Shown here one piece after another: positions 36,794 to 50,525 of a DNA stretch of 64,000 nucleotides (positions within the stretch are counted from its first letter, which is position 1; every line of letters starts with the position of its first letter). The notes below the pieces were generated by a model. The model had not been told where the DNA came from. It did not search any database and saw nothing but the letters and a program-made list of their open reading frames with translations. The DNA is taken from the NCBI GenBank assembly GCA_002269645.1, contig NIVC01000130.1, forward strand, positions 310,001 through 374,000. Direction: 5' to 3'. This DNA comes from Macrostomum lignano. Lineage: Eukaryota. The position numbers and the translations under genes are program-made.

Positions 36794-37395
36794 GGGTCCA
36801 TGAGAATTGCCCGCAGACAAATTGCCCGCCAAGATTTGCCCGCAGGAGATTTGCCCGTGGAGATTTGCCCGCCGAGCTTTTCCCGCCGAGATTTGCCCGC
36901 AGTGCATTTTGCCTGTGAGCAAATTGCCCGTGGAGATTTTCCCGCCGAGATTTGCCCGTGGAGATTTTCCCACCGAGAATTGCCCGCCGAGGTTTGCCAG
37001 CAATGCTTTTTTACTGCAGATTTTGTCTGCACCTTCCCAATTCTTATTACATGTAATAAATCTTATCAAAGAGATTTACACGATCAAAACTTTTTGATAG
37101 TAACTGCATATCAAATGCGTATTTTTTGGGGGGCCGGGCAGTACAGACAGAATCTAGCTGCCAAATGCGCTGCAATAAAAAAGCATCGCGGGCAAATCTC
37201 GGCGGGAAAATCTCCACGGGCAAATCTCGGCGGGCAATTCTCGGCGGGAAAATTTCCACGGGCAGTTCGCTCACGGGCAAAATGCACTGCGGGCAAATCT
37301 CGGCGGGAAAAGCTCGGCGGGCAAATCTCCATGGGCAAATCTCCTGCGGGCAAATCTCGGCGGGCAATTCGTCTGCTGACATTTCTCGTGCTCCC
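36794..37395. mobile_element. 602-bp non-autonomous foldback/MULE-like element
   Basis: ~240-bp inverted arms built of ~15-bp subrepeats (GAGATTTGCCCGCC / GGCGGGCAAATCTC), GGG...CCC termini, 9-bp TSD AAATTCTCC at 36785-36793 and 37396-37404. Confidence 0.88.
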
Positions 37396-38439
37396 AAATT
37401 CTCCTCTCGAATTCACTTCTACAGCTTCGTGCCTATCAGCGCTGTGAGAGTACGGCTAGACTTCGAGTCACCCAATGGTGGGGGAGTATCTAACCTGTCT
37501 CTGCTTCTATTGCACTTGCTTCAACTTCTCTTGTCTCAACTCTTCTCATGCATCTCATAATTCTATTCTCAAATTCTTCTTTTCTTCTCGGCTTTTCTCA
37601 ACTTCAAAACACTCTCAAATGGCTTCTATTTCTGTTTTCCGACTTTCAAAAATTACATTATTCCTTAAATAAGTCTTCTCCACAGAGCCTTTCACTTAGT
37701 TTATTGGAAGGGCTTTTGCCAAAAGATATTCTTATTCTATTACTGAGCAGCTTAAATGACCAAACTAAGCCTATTTTTATAAAATTTCAAAAGAACTGTC
37801 AAAACGGCCCTTTTAAGGGTTCGTATTACAATTTTTAGTACAATGGCCCCTTTGGGACTCACAAGCAATTCAGTGCATTATATGCATGGTGCAGTGCCGT
37901 ATTAAATCTATTTATTTTATTTTTATAAGCTTTTTATTAGTTTTTATATTTTATAAATAATATGTACACATTTCTTTGCTTAATTGAATTACACATGCGC
38001 GAACTCCTTTATCCTTTCTCCTTAGCTTGCTGCCTAGCTTTTCTGAAGTTGATCCTGCACTCATGTCCTACTTGCGGTCTTTACTTGCGAAGAGTTTGTT
38101 CACATCGTAGACAAAATGTCAGAGAAGAAGTACATCGATAAAAGAGCACGAGAATTTTTGCTTTCACGGTTTAACAAAAAATAAATTTCTATTTAAAAAT
38201 GATACAAAATGCCAATCATTTTCGAAAAGGACATCCAAAAATACTACGACGAAGAGGAGCTCAATCTCATGAGACGGGGATCTGGGCTATTCACTGCAGG
38301 TCACTATCCATGAAAAGAACGCTCTGGGAATGGCCTCGCCGATCTGATCGCACAAGGGGCCCAGATCTTTAAAGTGGTTGGTGAGAACAAAGAGAACATA
38401 AAAATGTTGCTGAAGCAGCCAGTAGTTTAGCCACAGTGG

Positions 38440-39960
38440 TTAATAAGATTAGGGATACAGTCAAAGAAAACAAACGAGACACTTAATTACCATGACACTT
38501 CAGAATTTGTTGAAGCGATTAGCCAAATCCAATTAAGCGGTAAAGAATTATTGTTTAGGTACGATGTGACTTTTCTGTTTACTAACATCCCGGTTGAATT
38601 TGCGATTGACCTGGCCACTGACCTTGTCTACCAGAATAACCCTCTGACTATTCCTAAGAATGCTATCAAAAAGATGCTTGGTCTTGCGGTCTCTGGCATT
38701 TTCATGTTTGAAAACCAATACTACCGCCAAATTGACGGTGTCGCTATGGGGTGTCCACTTGCCCCTACGCTTGCTAATCTGTGCATGAGCCATTGGGAGA
38801 CTGAATGGATGAAACTCCCCAATGCCCCCACGGTTTTATAAGCGTTATGTTGACGATACGTTTGCTGTTTTTGACAAAAAAACCACGACTAGTTTCTTAC
38901 CACTATCAACTCCACCCACCCGAACATCAAGTTCACCGTTGAGGGCGGAGGCAAGAATCTCGCTTTTTTTGATCCCGAGGTTGACTGCTCTGGACACCGT
39001 CTTCTTGTGAAGTTTACCGTAAACCGACGTTTACTGGACTGATGTTAAATTTCCATGCTTTATGTCCGTCTCACTGGAAAGTCGGGTTAGTTAGGTGCCT
39101 TCTTCAAAGAGCCTACGAGGTGAGCAGTTCTTATTTTATTCCACCAAGAGGTTCGTGCCCTGACTAAAATTCTCAGATCCAACGGTTACCCTCTCAGTTT
39201 TGTCAGCCGCATTATCAATGCGTTTGTCACCAAGAAAGTTTCCAGCGATGTGAGATCCAGGCAACCGGAGATAGATTCTTGGGACGCTCTGTTGGTTCTC
39301 CCATTTTTTTGTAACGTTTCGCTTGACTTCAAAAGAAAAAATAGAGAAAACGTTTAGCAAATGGCTTAAGTGCACCGTTAGGATTGTTTTTTGCACTGAA
39401 AATATTGGTCGCTATGCTAGCAGGCTCAAGTCAGCTGTTCCACTTGCTCTAAGGGCTGGTGTTTTTTACCAATTTCGCTGCTCTGAGGATCAGAGCGTTT
39501 CCTACATTGGAAAAACGAAGCGACACCTGCACACTAGAGCTAGGGAACATTGGCTAAAAAGCTCTGCGATTAATGACCATGTTTGTTTGTAAAAATGTTG
39601 TGACTGAACCGATTCAGCTCTTTAAAGTGCTGGATGGGTGCAAATGTGACCATAAGCTTAAGATTATTGAAGCTTCGTATATTAGAATGCACAAACCCAA
39701 CTTGAATGTGCAGCTTGCTGACAATGGGGTGGAGCGTGAGCTAAGAGTACTGTGAGCAGAGCCATACCTATTTTTCTCTCTCTCTCCCTTCATTGTGTAC
39801 TTGGCACTTTTGAAATTCTACCGAACTGTTTTGACCCGCCTTTAGACTGTACAGTTTGTTTTGCTTAAATATATTGTTGTTGTGAATTAAGGTTGATTGA
39901 ATTCGCCCTGACGACGTCTTGTGTTCGACGAAACCCGTTGGCTAGAAATAAAATTTTATT
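38440..39960 (+). mobile_element. Decayed, 5'-truncated Penelope-like retroelement (RT + GIY-YIG)
   Basis: YDVTFLFTNIP, QIDGVAMGCPLAPTLAN, RYVDDTF, HPNIKFT, YRKPT, GYP, YIGKTKRHLHTRAREH and IIEASYI...PNLN, with several frameshifts; 5' boundary approximate. Confidence 0.92.
39905..39942 (+). ncRNA. Minimal type I hammerhead ribozyme motif at the Penelope 3' end
   Basis: GCC-CTGACGA-C-GTC(TTGTGTTC)GAC-GAAA-CCCGTT-GGC: catalytic core, stem II and a 3-bp stem I. Confidence 0.65.
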
Positions 39961-41084
39961 TTTATTTAATTTAATTTTATGTTTTTGTTGGCGTTTGTTT
40001 TCCTGCAATTCCAGGGTACTTCAGATGGTCCTTGTTAACTACTTGCATGTATATCAATAGTATCAATGACAATAACAAGTTCTTAACACACACTGGTTGG
40101 CCTTGGTGACCGAATTCGGAGATATGAGACTCACATTCTCAAACTGCTACGAGCAGGCTAAAAGCTTTCGCTCAGTGTTGACAACAACTGCTCAGTCTTG
40201 AGCAGCGGTGGAGGGGGTTGTTTGGACGTTAGAATAGGTCGACTTTGAGCTGTAAAGAGTCGTGTTCTCTGCTTGCTATTGTCTACGCTGTTTAGTCTGC
40301 TTGCTCTATTTTGAGTGCTGAATAGGGTGGGGCTTTTCTAGATAAGGGGGTTTCCTGCATTTACAGTTAAAACAAGGTTTCCATAGCCGTTCGGTTTCAC
40401 CTGCTGAAGGTGCCGACGCTGTCGTGACGATGACTGATTGTTTGAGTTGAGGTTTAGATGTCTAGCAATTGAGATTTGGTCATATTATCAAGGTTTATTT
40501 CTAGAAAAATCTGACGATTGCAGCAGGGGACTATTGTCACTTGGTACCACTTATTAAAGGTTCATAAGTGTAGCGTGGGTGATGGCTGGTGGTTTCTGAA
40601 GTCAGAGATACATTTTTAAGCAAGTACATTTTTCTGTCGTTTGAAGACAAGGCCGCACTGAAGCGTGGTGCTGATTGGCTGGCTTTTTAATTTAGTAAAC
40701 TAAATTTACTAGCGCTTATGGAAAACGTACTAGCCCACTTGACTCTTTATGAGAAGTTGCGCAAAATTGTCAGTGAAAACTGAAAACTCCTCTTTGTAAT
40801 TCTATCTTTTATACTATTTTTGAGCAGTTAACATTAAATAATACATTGAAAAATTTAAAGGAAATTTTAAAGCTAAATTGTAATGCTAAAGCTCGCAGCA
40901 CTGGATGTATTTGATGAATTCAAGTGACATAAAGCCATGTCTGTCACTAATAGTTTTACTTATGTACTTGTACTTATAAATTTACTTTTAAGTATTATCA
41001 ACCGGAATAGTTAATAGTTTACTGAATTTAACTTTTTAGTACTGTTATCTAATATAATTTATTGCCTGCCTATTCGACCCACAG

Positions 41085-42517
41085 TAGACTGCTCAGCCTC
41101 TGTCTGCAGCTCGAGTCCTTTGCCAACTTGTCGAGCAGGCCACTACGCTGATTCTGCCTGTGTTTGTGTTTCCTGCCCTGACCTCGGGGAACTGCGCACT
41201 TGTCTGTCTTTGAACTATAACTGGTGTCAGGCTGCGCAAGGCATCACAAGTACAGCTAGGTATGCTTTGTGGTAGCTGAATGCATTTGGGATTATTTCTA
41301 GTTGAATTATTAAAATTATCCAATCCATGTGATCCTTGGGACCTGTGCTGAATCCCTTAGATACTTCAGTCTGGACTTATGTACATGCGCATCCACTGAC
41401 ATGTTCCTTAACCCTCAGTTGTTGGGCCAGCCTCCCATATCCTCAGTTGCTGGGCCAGCCTCCCATATCCTCAGTTGCTGGGCCAGCCTCACAGATCCTC
41501 AGTTGCTGGGCCAGCCTCCCAGATCCTCAGTTGCTGGGCCAGCTTCCCAGATCCTCAGTTGCTGGGCCAGCCTCCCAGATCCTCAGTTGCTGGGCCAGCC
41601 TCCCAGATCCTCAGTTGCTGGGCCAGCCTCCCAGATCCTCAGTTGCTGGGCCAGCCTCCCAGATCCTCAGTTGCTGGGCCAGCCTTCCAGATCTTCAGTT
41701 GCTGGGCCAGCCTCCCAGATCCTCAGTTGCTGGGCCAGCCTCCCAGATCCTCAGTTGCTGGACCAGCCTCCCAGATCCTCAGTTGCTGGGCCAGCCTCCC
41801 AGATCCTCAGTTGCTGTACAGCCTCACAGATCCTCAGTTGCTGGGCCAGCCTCCCAGATCCTCAGTTGCTGGGCCAGCCTCCCAGATCCTCAGTTGCTGG
41901 GCCAGCCTCCCAGATCCTCAGTTGCTGGGCCAGCCTCCCAGATCCTCAGTTGCTGTACAGCCTCACAGATCCTCAGTTGCTGGGCCAGCCTCCCAGATCC
42001 TCAGTTGCTGGGCCAGCCTCCCAGATCCTCAGTTGCTGGGCCAGCCTCCCAGATCCTCAGTTGCTGGGCCAGCCTCCCAGATCCTCAGTTGCTGGGCCAG
42101 CCTCCCAGATCCTCAGTTGCTGGGCCAGCCTCCCAGATCCTCAGTTGCTGGGGCAGCCTCCCACATCCTCAGTTGCTGGGCCAGCCTCCCAGATCGAATT
42201 CAGCTCGATCTATTTGAGCGCCAGTGTTTTAAAATTACAATTTTAGTCCTACAACGCCTGCTACAACACCAGTTTATCAGCCAGCTACAGCCGAGAATCT
42301 CACAGGTAGTGCAATTGCAGCTATTGTACTAGGAACCATTCTAGTTGCGTTAGTTTGCGTCGGTGTATTAACCATCACCTGCTTACGCCGTCGTTGGTAT
42401 TCGACCTACCATCAGGCTGCCACGAGAGATCCAGGCGGTAATTGTCATACCTGTAACAGAAAAATTGAGGACTGTGTCTGCGCTCCCAATCGAAATTTAT
42501 CATCGACTCCCGTATAA
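41085..42517 (+). CDS. Cys-rich single-pass membrane protein, 3' exons only
   Basis: Exons 41085-41259 (DCSASVC...TCRAGHYADSACVCVSCP...C...WC) and 42247-42517 (T/P-rich stalk, TM AIAAIVLGTILVALVCVGVLTITC, RRR stop-transfer, short Cys-rich tail) join in phase 2; upstream exons not identified. Confidence 0.7.
41405..42195. repeat. 28-bp minisatellite in the membrane-protein intron
   Basis: Unit CCTCCCAGATCCTCAGTTGCTGGGCCAG. Confidence 0.95.
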
Positions 42518-42675
42518 TCAGTCAAAAGCAATAAAAACGATTCAAGATCTGATAGCATGCGATAAACATACTTCAACTCTCATTTTTAAATATTCGTTTT
42601 TTTCGAAATATGTCTACATATATCATAATCGTTTATCCGCAATTTGCTTATCAAGAAATTATTACTTTTACCCTA

Positions 42676-44243
42676 CGGAGGGAAAACTCGGCACCTGGGA
42701 AATCGACGGGGAAAACTCGGCACCTGGGAAATCGACGGGGAAAACTCGGCAAGGGGGAAATCGACAGGGAAAACTCGGCACCTGAGAAATCGACAGGAAA
42801 AACTCGGCATCTGGGGAAATCGACAGGGAAAACTCGGCAAGGGGAAACCATTGACAGGGAAAACTCGGCATCTGGGGAAATCGACAGGGAAAACTCGGCA
42901 AGGGGAAACCATTGACAGGGAAAACTCGGCATCTGGGGAAATCGACAGGGAAAACTCGGCACCTGGGAAATCGACGGGGAAAACTCGGCACCTGGGAAAT
43001 CGACAGGGAAAACTCGGCACCTGGGAAATCGACGGGGAAAACTCGGCAAGGGGAAACCATTGACAGGAAAAACTCGGCAAGGGGAAACCATCGACAGGGA
43101 AAACTCGGCATCTGGGGAAATCGACAGGGAAAACTCGGCACCTGGGGAAATCGACAGGGAAAACTCGGCATCTGGGGAAATCGACAGGGAAAACTCGGCA
43201 TCTGGGGAAATCGACAGGGAAAACTCGGCACCTGGGGAAATCGAAAGGGAAAACTCGGCATCTGGGGAAATCGACAGGGAAAACTCGGCATCTGGGGAAA
43301 TCGACAGGGAAAACTCGGCATCTGGGGAAATCGACAGGGAAAACTCGGCATCTGGGGAAATCGACAGGGAAAACTCGGCAAGGGGAAACCATTGACAGGG
43401 AAAACTCGGCATCTGGGGAAATCGACAGGGAAAACTCGGCAAGGGGAAACCATTGACAGGGAAAACTCGGCATCTGGGGAAATCGACAGGGAAAACTCGG
43501 CACCTGGGAAATCGACGGGGAAAACTCGGCACCTGGGAAATCGACAGGGAAAACTCGGCACCTGGGAAATCGACGGGGAAAACTCGGCAAGGGGAAACCA
43601 TTGACAGGAAAAACTCGGCAAGGGGAAACCATCGACAGGGAAAACTCGGCATCTGGGGAAATCGACAGGGAAAACTCGGCACCTGGGGAAATCGACAGGG
43701 AAAACTCGGCATCTGGGGAAATCGACAGGGAAAACTCGGCATCTGGGGAAATCGACAGGGAAAACTCGGCACCTGGGGAAATCGAAAGGGAAAACTCGGC
43801 ATCTGGGGAAATCGACAGGGAAAACTCGGCACCTGGGGAAATCGAAAGGGAAAACTCGGCATCTGGGAAATCGACAGGGAAAACTCGGCACCTGGGGAAA
43901 TCGACAGGGAAAACTCGGCACCTGGAAATCGACAGGGAAAACTCGGCACCTGGAAATCGACAGGGAAAACTCGGCATCTGGGGAAATCGACAGGGAAAAC
44001 TCGGCTTCTGGAAATCGACAGGGAAAACTCGGCATCTGGGAATCGACAGGGAAAACTCGGCGCCTGGGAAATCGACACGGAAAACTCGGCATCTGGGGAA
44101 ATCGACTGGGAAAACTCGGCACCTGGGAAATCGACAGGGAAAACTCGGCATCTGGGGAAATCGACAGGGAAAACTCGGCAAGGGGAAACCATCGACAGGG
44201 AAAACTCGGCAAGGGGAAACCATCGATATGGAAAACTCGGCAT
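42676..44243. repeat. ~30-bp minisatellite between convergent genes
   Basis: Unit GGGAAATCGACAGGGAAAACTCGGCATCTG, with a ~541-bp higher-order duplication. Confidence 0.95.
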
Positions 44244-44373
44244 GAAAGAGTGGTCAGATAAAAAATCTCGTAGAATCGATACAGAAAATTGGTCTGAACG
44301 GAAAGCATTTCAAATTAGGCAGCTAAAAAATCTGCCTGGGATGAGCCTAAACCAAACAGTGCAAATCGAACTG

Positions 44374-47300
44374 TCAATAACCGTCCTCAGAATGTTCCGC
44401 TCCAATTCCCATAACTTTGGCGAATTCTTCGTAGCTAACCAAGCCGTCCAAGTCCGTGTCAGCCTCCGCCACCATCGCTTCGGCCTCTTCAATGGTGAGC
44501 CGTTCGCCAAAGTTCAGCATCACTTGGCGCAGCTCGCCGGCGCTCAGATAGCCGTCTCCATCTGCGTCGAATAGTCGGAACGCTTGGCGAACCTCATCGT
44601 CTGAATCCACGCTGTGCATCTGCGTGCGCATCATGTAGAGAAATTCGTCAAACTCGATGCTCCCAGAGCCGTCTTGATCCACTTCCTTGATCATCTCCTG
44701 GGGACATTTAATGTTGAGAAGCTTACAGGATGTGTTCGGATTAAGGAATTTCGTTTCTTAGAAACCATTTTCTATAGAGGCGATTTTAGGATTTTATTGA
44801 TCGGTAATTATTTAATAGTATATTCAAAATTATACCGGAAAATGGTTACTTCTATATTCCATTAGGCAATTAACATGGTGCATTTTTGTGAATATGTTGA
44901 AGTTTTTTGTGAATTTTATCAAATCTTCCAGTTCGTATTTTAGATGTATTTTGACTTAAAAATAAGACCTGATGTGCACTGTACATGTACAAGTACGTTG
45001 ACAAAGCCGCAAAATTATTGGCCTCATCATTTGAGTGCGTTGGGGACGAAGCTTTATTTTTTGCCTTTAAGCGGACATGCTCATCGATTGGACACGGCTA
45101 CATGCATGTACATGTTATTTTTCTAATAAATAGAATTAATAGAGTAAAAGTATATTTACATGTACGCATTGGCTATAGATATTAGCGCCAATTCTCAGTG
45201 CTGAAGGCTATAGATATTAGCGCCAATTCTCAGTGCTGAAGGCTATAGATATTAGCGCCAATTCTCAGTGCTGAAGGCTATAGATATTAGCGCCAATTCT
45301 CAGTGCTGAAGGCTATAGATATTAGCGCCAATTCTCAGTGCTGAAGGCCAATTCTTAATACTGAAGGCTATAGATTTTAGCGCCAATTCTTAATACTGAA
45401 GGCCATAGATATTAGCGCCAATTCTCAGTGCTGGAGGCTATAGATATTAGCGCCAATTCTCAGTGCTGAAGGCTATAGATATTAGCGCCAATTCTCAGTG
45501 CTGAAGGCTATAGATATTAGCGCCAATTCTCAGTGCTGAAGGCCAATTCTTAATACTGAAGGCTATAGATTTTAGCGCCAATTCTTAATACTGAAGGCCA
45601 TAGATATTAGCGCCAATTCTCAGTGCTGGAGGCTATAGATATTAGCGCCAATTCTCAGTGCTGAAGGCTATAGATATTAGCGCCAATTCTCAATGCTGAA
45701 GGCTATAGATATTAGCGCCAATTCTCAGTGATGAAGGCTATAGACATTAGCGCCAATTCTTAGTGCTGAAGGCTATAGATATTAGCGCCAATTCTTAGTG
45801 CTGAAGGCTATAGATATTAGCGCCAATTCTCAGTGCTGAAGACTATAGATATTAGCGCCAATTCTCAATGCTGAAGGCCATAGATATTAGCGCCAATTCT
45901 CAATGCTGAAGGCTATAGATATTAGCGCCAATTCTCAGTGATGAAGGCTATAGACATTAGCGCCAATTCTTAGTGCTGAAGGCTATAGATATTAGCGCCA
46001 ATTCTTAGTGCTGAAGGCTATAGATATTAGCGCCAATTCTTAGTGCTGAAGGCTATAGATATTAGCGCCAATTCTCAGTGCTGAAGACTATAGATATTAG
46101 CGCCAATTCTCAGTGCTGAAGGCTATAGATATTAGCGCCAATTCTCATTGCTGAAGGCCATAGATACATGTATTAGCGCTAATTCTCAATGCTGAAGGCC
46201 ATAGATACATGTATTAGCGCCAATTCTCAGTGCTGAAGGCTATAGATGTTAGCGCCAATTCTCATTGCTGAAGGCCATAGATACATGTATTAGCGCTAAT
46301 TCTCAATGCTGAAGGCCATAGATACATGTATTAGCGCCAATTCTCAGTGCTGAAGGCTATAGATATTAGCGCCAATTCTCAGTGCTAAAAGCTATAGATA
46401 TTAGCGCCAATTCTCAATGCTGAAGGCCATAGATACATGTATTAGCGCCAATTCTCAGTGCTGAAGGCCATAGATACAGGTATTAGCGCCAATTCTCAGT
46501 GCTGAAGGCCATAGATATTAGCGCCAATTCTCAGTGCTGAAGGCTATAGATATTAGCGCCAATTCTCAGTGCTGAAGGCTATAGATATTAGCGCCAATTC
46601 TCAGTGCTGAAGGCTATAGATATTAGCGCCAATTCTCAGTGCTGAAGGCTATAGATATTAGCGCCAATTCTCAGTGCTGAAGGCCATAGATATTAGCGTC
46701 AATTCTAAGTGCTGAAGGCTATAGATATTAGCGCCAATTCTCAGTGCTGAAGGCTAAAGATATTAGCGCCAATTCTCAGTGCTGAAGGCTATAGATATTA
46801 GCGCCAATTCTCAGTGCTGAAGGCTATAGATATTAGCGCCAATTCTCAGTGCTGAAGGCCATAGATATTAGCGCCAATTCTCAGTGCTGAAGGCCATAGA
46901 TATTAGCGCCAATTCTCAGTGCTGAAGGCCATAGATATTAGCGCCAATTCTCAGTGCTGAAGGCTATAGATATTAGCGCCAATTCTTAATACTGAAGGCT
47001 ATAGATATTAGCGCCAATTCTTAGTGCTGAAGGCTATAGATATTAGCGCCAATTCTTAATACTGAAGGCTATAGATATTAGCGCCAATTCTCAGTGCCGA
47101 AGGCTATAGATATTAGCGCCAATTCTCAGTGCTGAAGACTATAGATATTAGCGCCAATTCTCAGTGCTGAAGACTATAGATATTAGCGCCAATTCTTAAT
47201 ACTGAAGGCTGTAGATATTAGCGCCAATTCGTCATTGCCGTAGGCTACAAATTTGGGTTCCGTGCATTTAGAGACACAAATCATGTATTTTACACCTATA

Positions 47301-47537
47301 GGCATTCATATAGCTACAAAATCCGATATGACACGAGATACACATGTAGCACTAAGCCAATGCCCATACCTTCAACTCCTCCTGCGTAGGATTCTGGCCC
47401 AGCGCTCGCATCACGGACGCCAGCTCTTTATTAGTGATCGTCCCGTCGCCGTCCTTGTCAAACAAAGAGAAGGCCTCGCGAAATTCTTCAATCTGTTCGT
47501 CAGTCAAACTGTCAGTTGTTGCGGCGCTGCCAGACAT
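44374..47537 (-). CDS. Calmodulin-like EF-hand protein (2 exons, 163 aa)
   Basis: Exons 47537-47370 and 44697-44374, phase 0 (AAG|GTATGG ... CCCCAG|GAG). Four EF loops: [48 protein letters not shown]. Too divergent to call canonical calmodulin. Confidence 0.93.
45170..47232. repeat. 35-bp minisatellite filling the calmodulin-like intron
   Basis: Unit AGGCTATAGATATTAGCGCCAATTCTCAGTGCTGA, ~2 kb. Confidence 0.97.
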
Positions 47538-48294
47538 ATTGCTTAATCTTCTGTATATTTTAGTTAAGCAAGGTTTTGGTTCGTACTGCGGACAGCTCTG
47601 TAGGTACTGAAATTTTCTCCTTTATATGCTGCTTGATGACACAGGGATGAAAAAGGATGGCACAGTATATAGCTAGCTGCATGTGGCACTAAACTTTTCA
47701 GTTGGACTGCAATTTGACAATGAGTTACTCAACGCCCCCCCCCCCATTGACGCGGAGCTTTGCAACTCAGCTCTTGAAGATGAGGAAAAAGTTGAAGAAG
47801 AAAAAAAGCGATTGGGAGAGAAGTGGAGCGGGAAGCTACATACAGTAAAGAGAATTTGCTCAACAATAGCCGTAAAGAGTATAGCTAACTATGCAGTGTC
47901 TAACAACTGGCCCGCTGCAACTTGTTAACACGATTGGTTAAGCATAGCTTTGGATTGTCTATGCTCACCTGAAGACAAAGCTCAGGATAATAGGATATAG
48001 GATATATATAGAACAAAGGATCTTCTATCTTCTTTTTTGACAGCTCGGGTCTGTTACAGCATATCGTAGCTATAAGAACTGAGGACGTGGCCTATCCTAC
48101 TTGTAGTAGTTGGTCTCGGAAATCCCTGAAGAAAAGAACACACAGACAGCACTGGCTGGAATTGCATGTCTTCTGGCCTGTGCAATAAGCTGGATCTTCG
48201 CAGTAGCCATACATGTTGTTTTATACCGTTTTACGAGTAAGCTAGAAAAGCTAAATTAAATAACCAATAAAAAGGAGAGAGCAAGGAGGGTAGC

Positions 48295-48545
48295 AGCTGA
48301 CACCAATCGGCAAGTCGAGCTGGGCAGAGCCAATAGGCTGGAGCGAAGGGGAGAGGGGGGATGCCCCGGCCCCAGCCAATCGGCAAGGCTGTTCTGGGCA
48401 GAGCCAATAGGCTGGAGCGAACAGGCAGGGGGAGAGAGGGGGGATGCCCCGGCCCCAGCCAATCGGCAAGGCTGTTCTGGGCAGAGCCAATAGGCTGGAG
48501 CGAAGGGGAGGCAATGGAGATGCCCCGGCCCGAGCCAATCAACTG
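48295..48545. promoter_or_regulatory. Tandem repeat carrying ~7 CCAAT boxes upstream of the calmodulin-like gene
   Basis: AGCCAATCGG / AGCCAATAGG fit the NF-Y-type consensus; function not demonstrated. Confidence 0.3.
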
Positions 48546-49139
48546 GCTTCACTGGGCAAAAAAACTAAAAGAGAGACTGCTGAACTCACTAAACTGAACT
48601 CTGAACTGACTACTGTCTAAGCGAAGAGTGCAGTAGAATAAACACATTTTATGATATTTTTTATCTTCTGATCTTCGTCAGTGCGTTAATAGTACGAGTA
48701 TTTGCCAATTACATGCACAATGTATTTTTAAGCCAGCTCTCAAGACTGCTTATTCGCTTGCTCGTATTTTCCATTGCATCACTGTTAGCTGCAATATGAA
48801 TATGCAGCGCAACACTGCGCCACGCGGAGTCAATCAGTATGCATGTATGTAGTGTTTAATAAAGCCTTAGTACACTGTAGCTGCATATTATAGCTTTAGG
48901 AATTACATGCGCAGAGAGCATGCAGCCTTGGTAGCTCCCAATCAATCTGGAATTAATCGGGATTCTTCCCAAACTCGGCGATAGATGCAAATAAGATCAA
49001 TGTATGGGATATGACAGGCTCGCCCAGTTTTCTCCCAGTTTTATACTTGCACACAGTATGTGCTGTAGCTAGTGCTGCATGTGCTTGCAGTGTATACTGA
49101 CACTGTAATTCCCAGTAAGATGGAATGCGATTGAGCTAG

Positions 49140-50525
<1,386 letters not shown>

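Noticed and set aside
38117-38430. Coding-like stretch (MSEKKYIDKRAREF...; DIQKYYDEEELNLMRRG...) before the Penelope RT
   Set aside because: Interrupted by stops and frame changes; cannot be assigned to the element or a host gene
47683-47928. 81-aa ORF with an acidic/basic run
   Set aside because: No recognisable domain or partner exons
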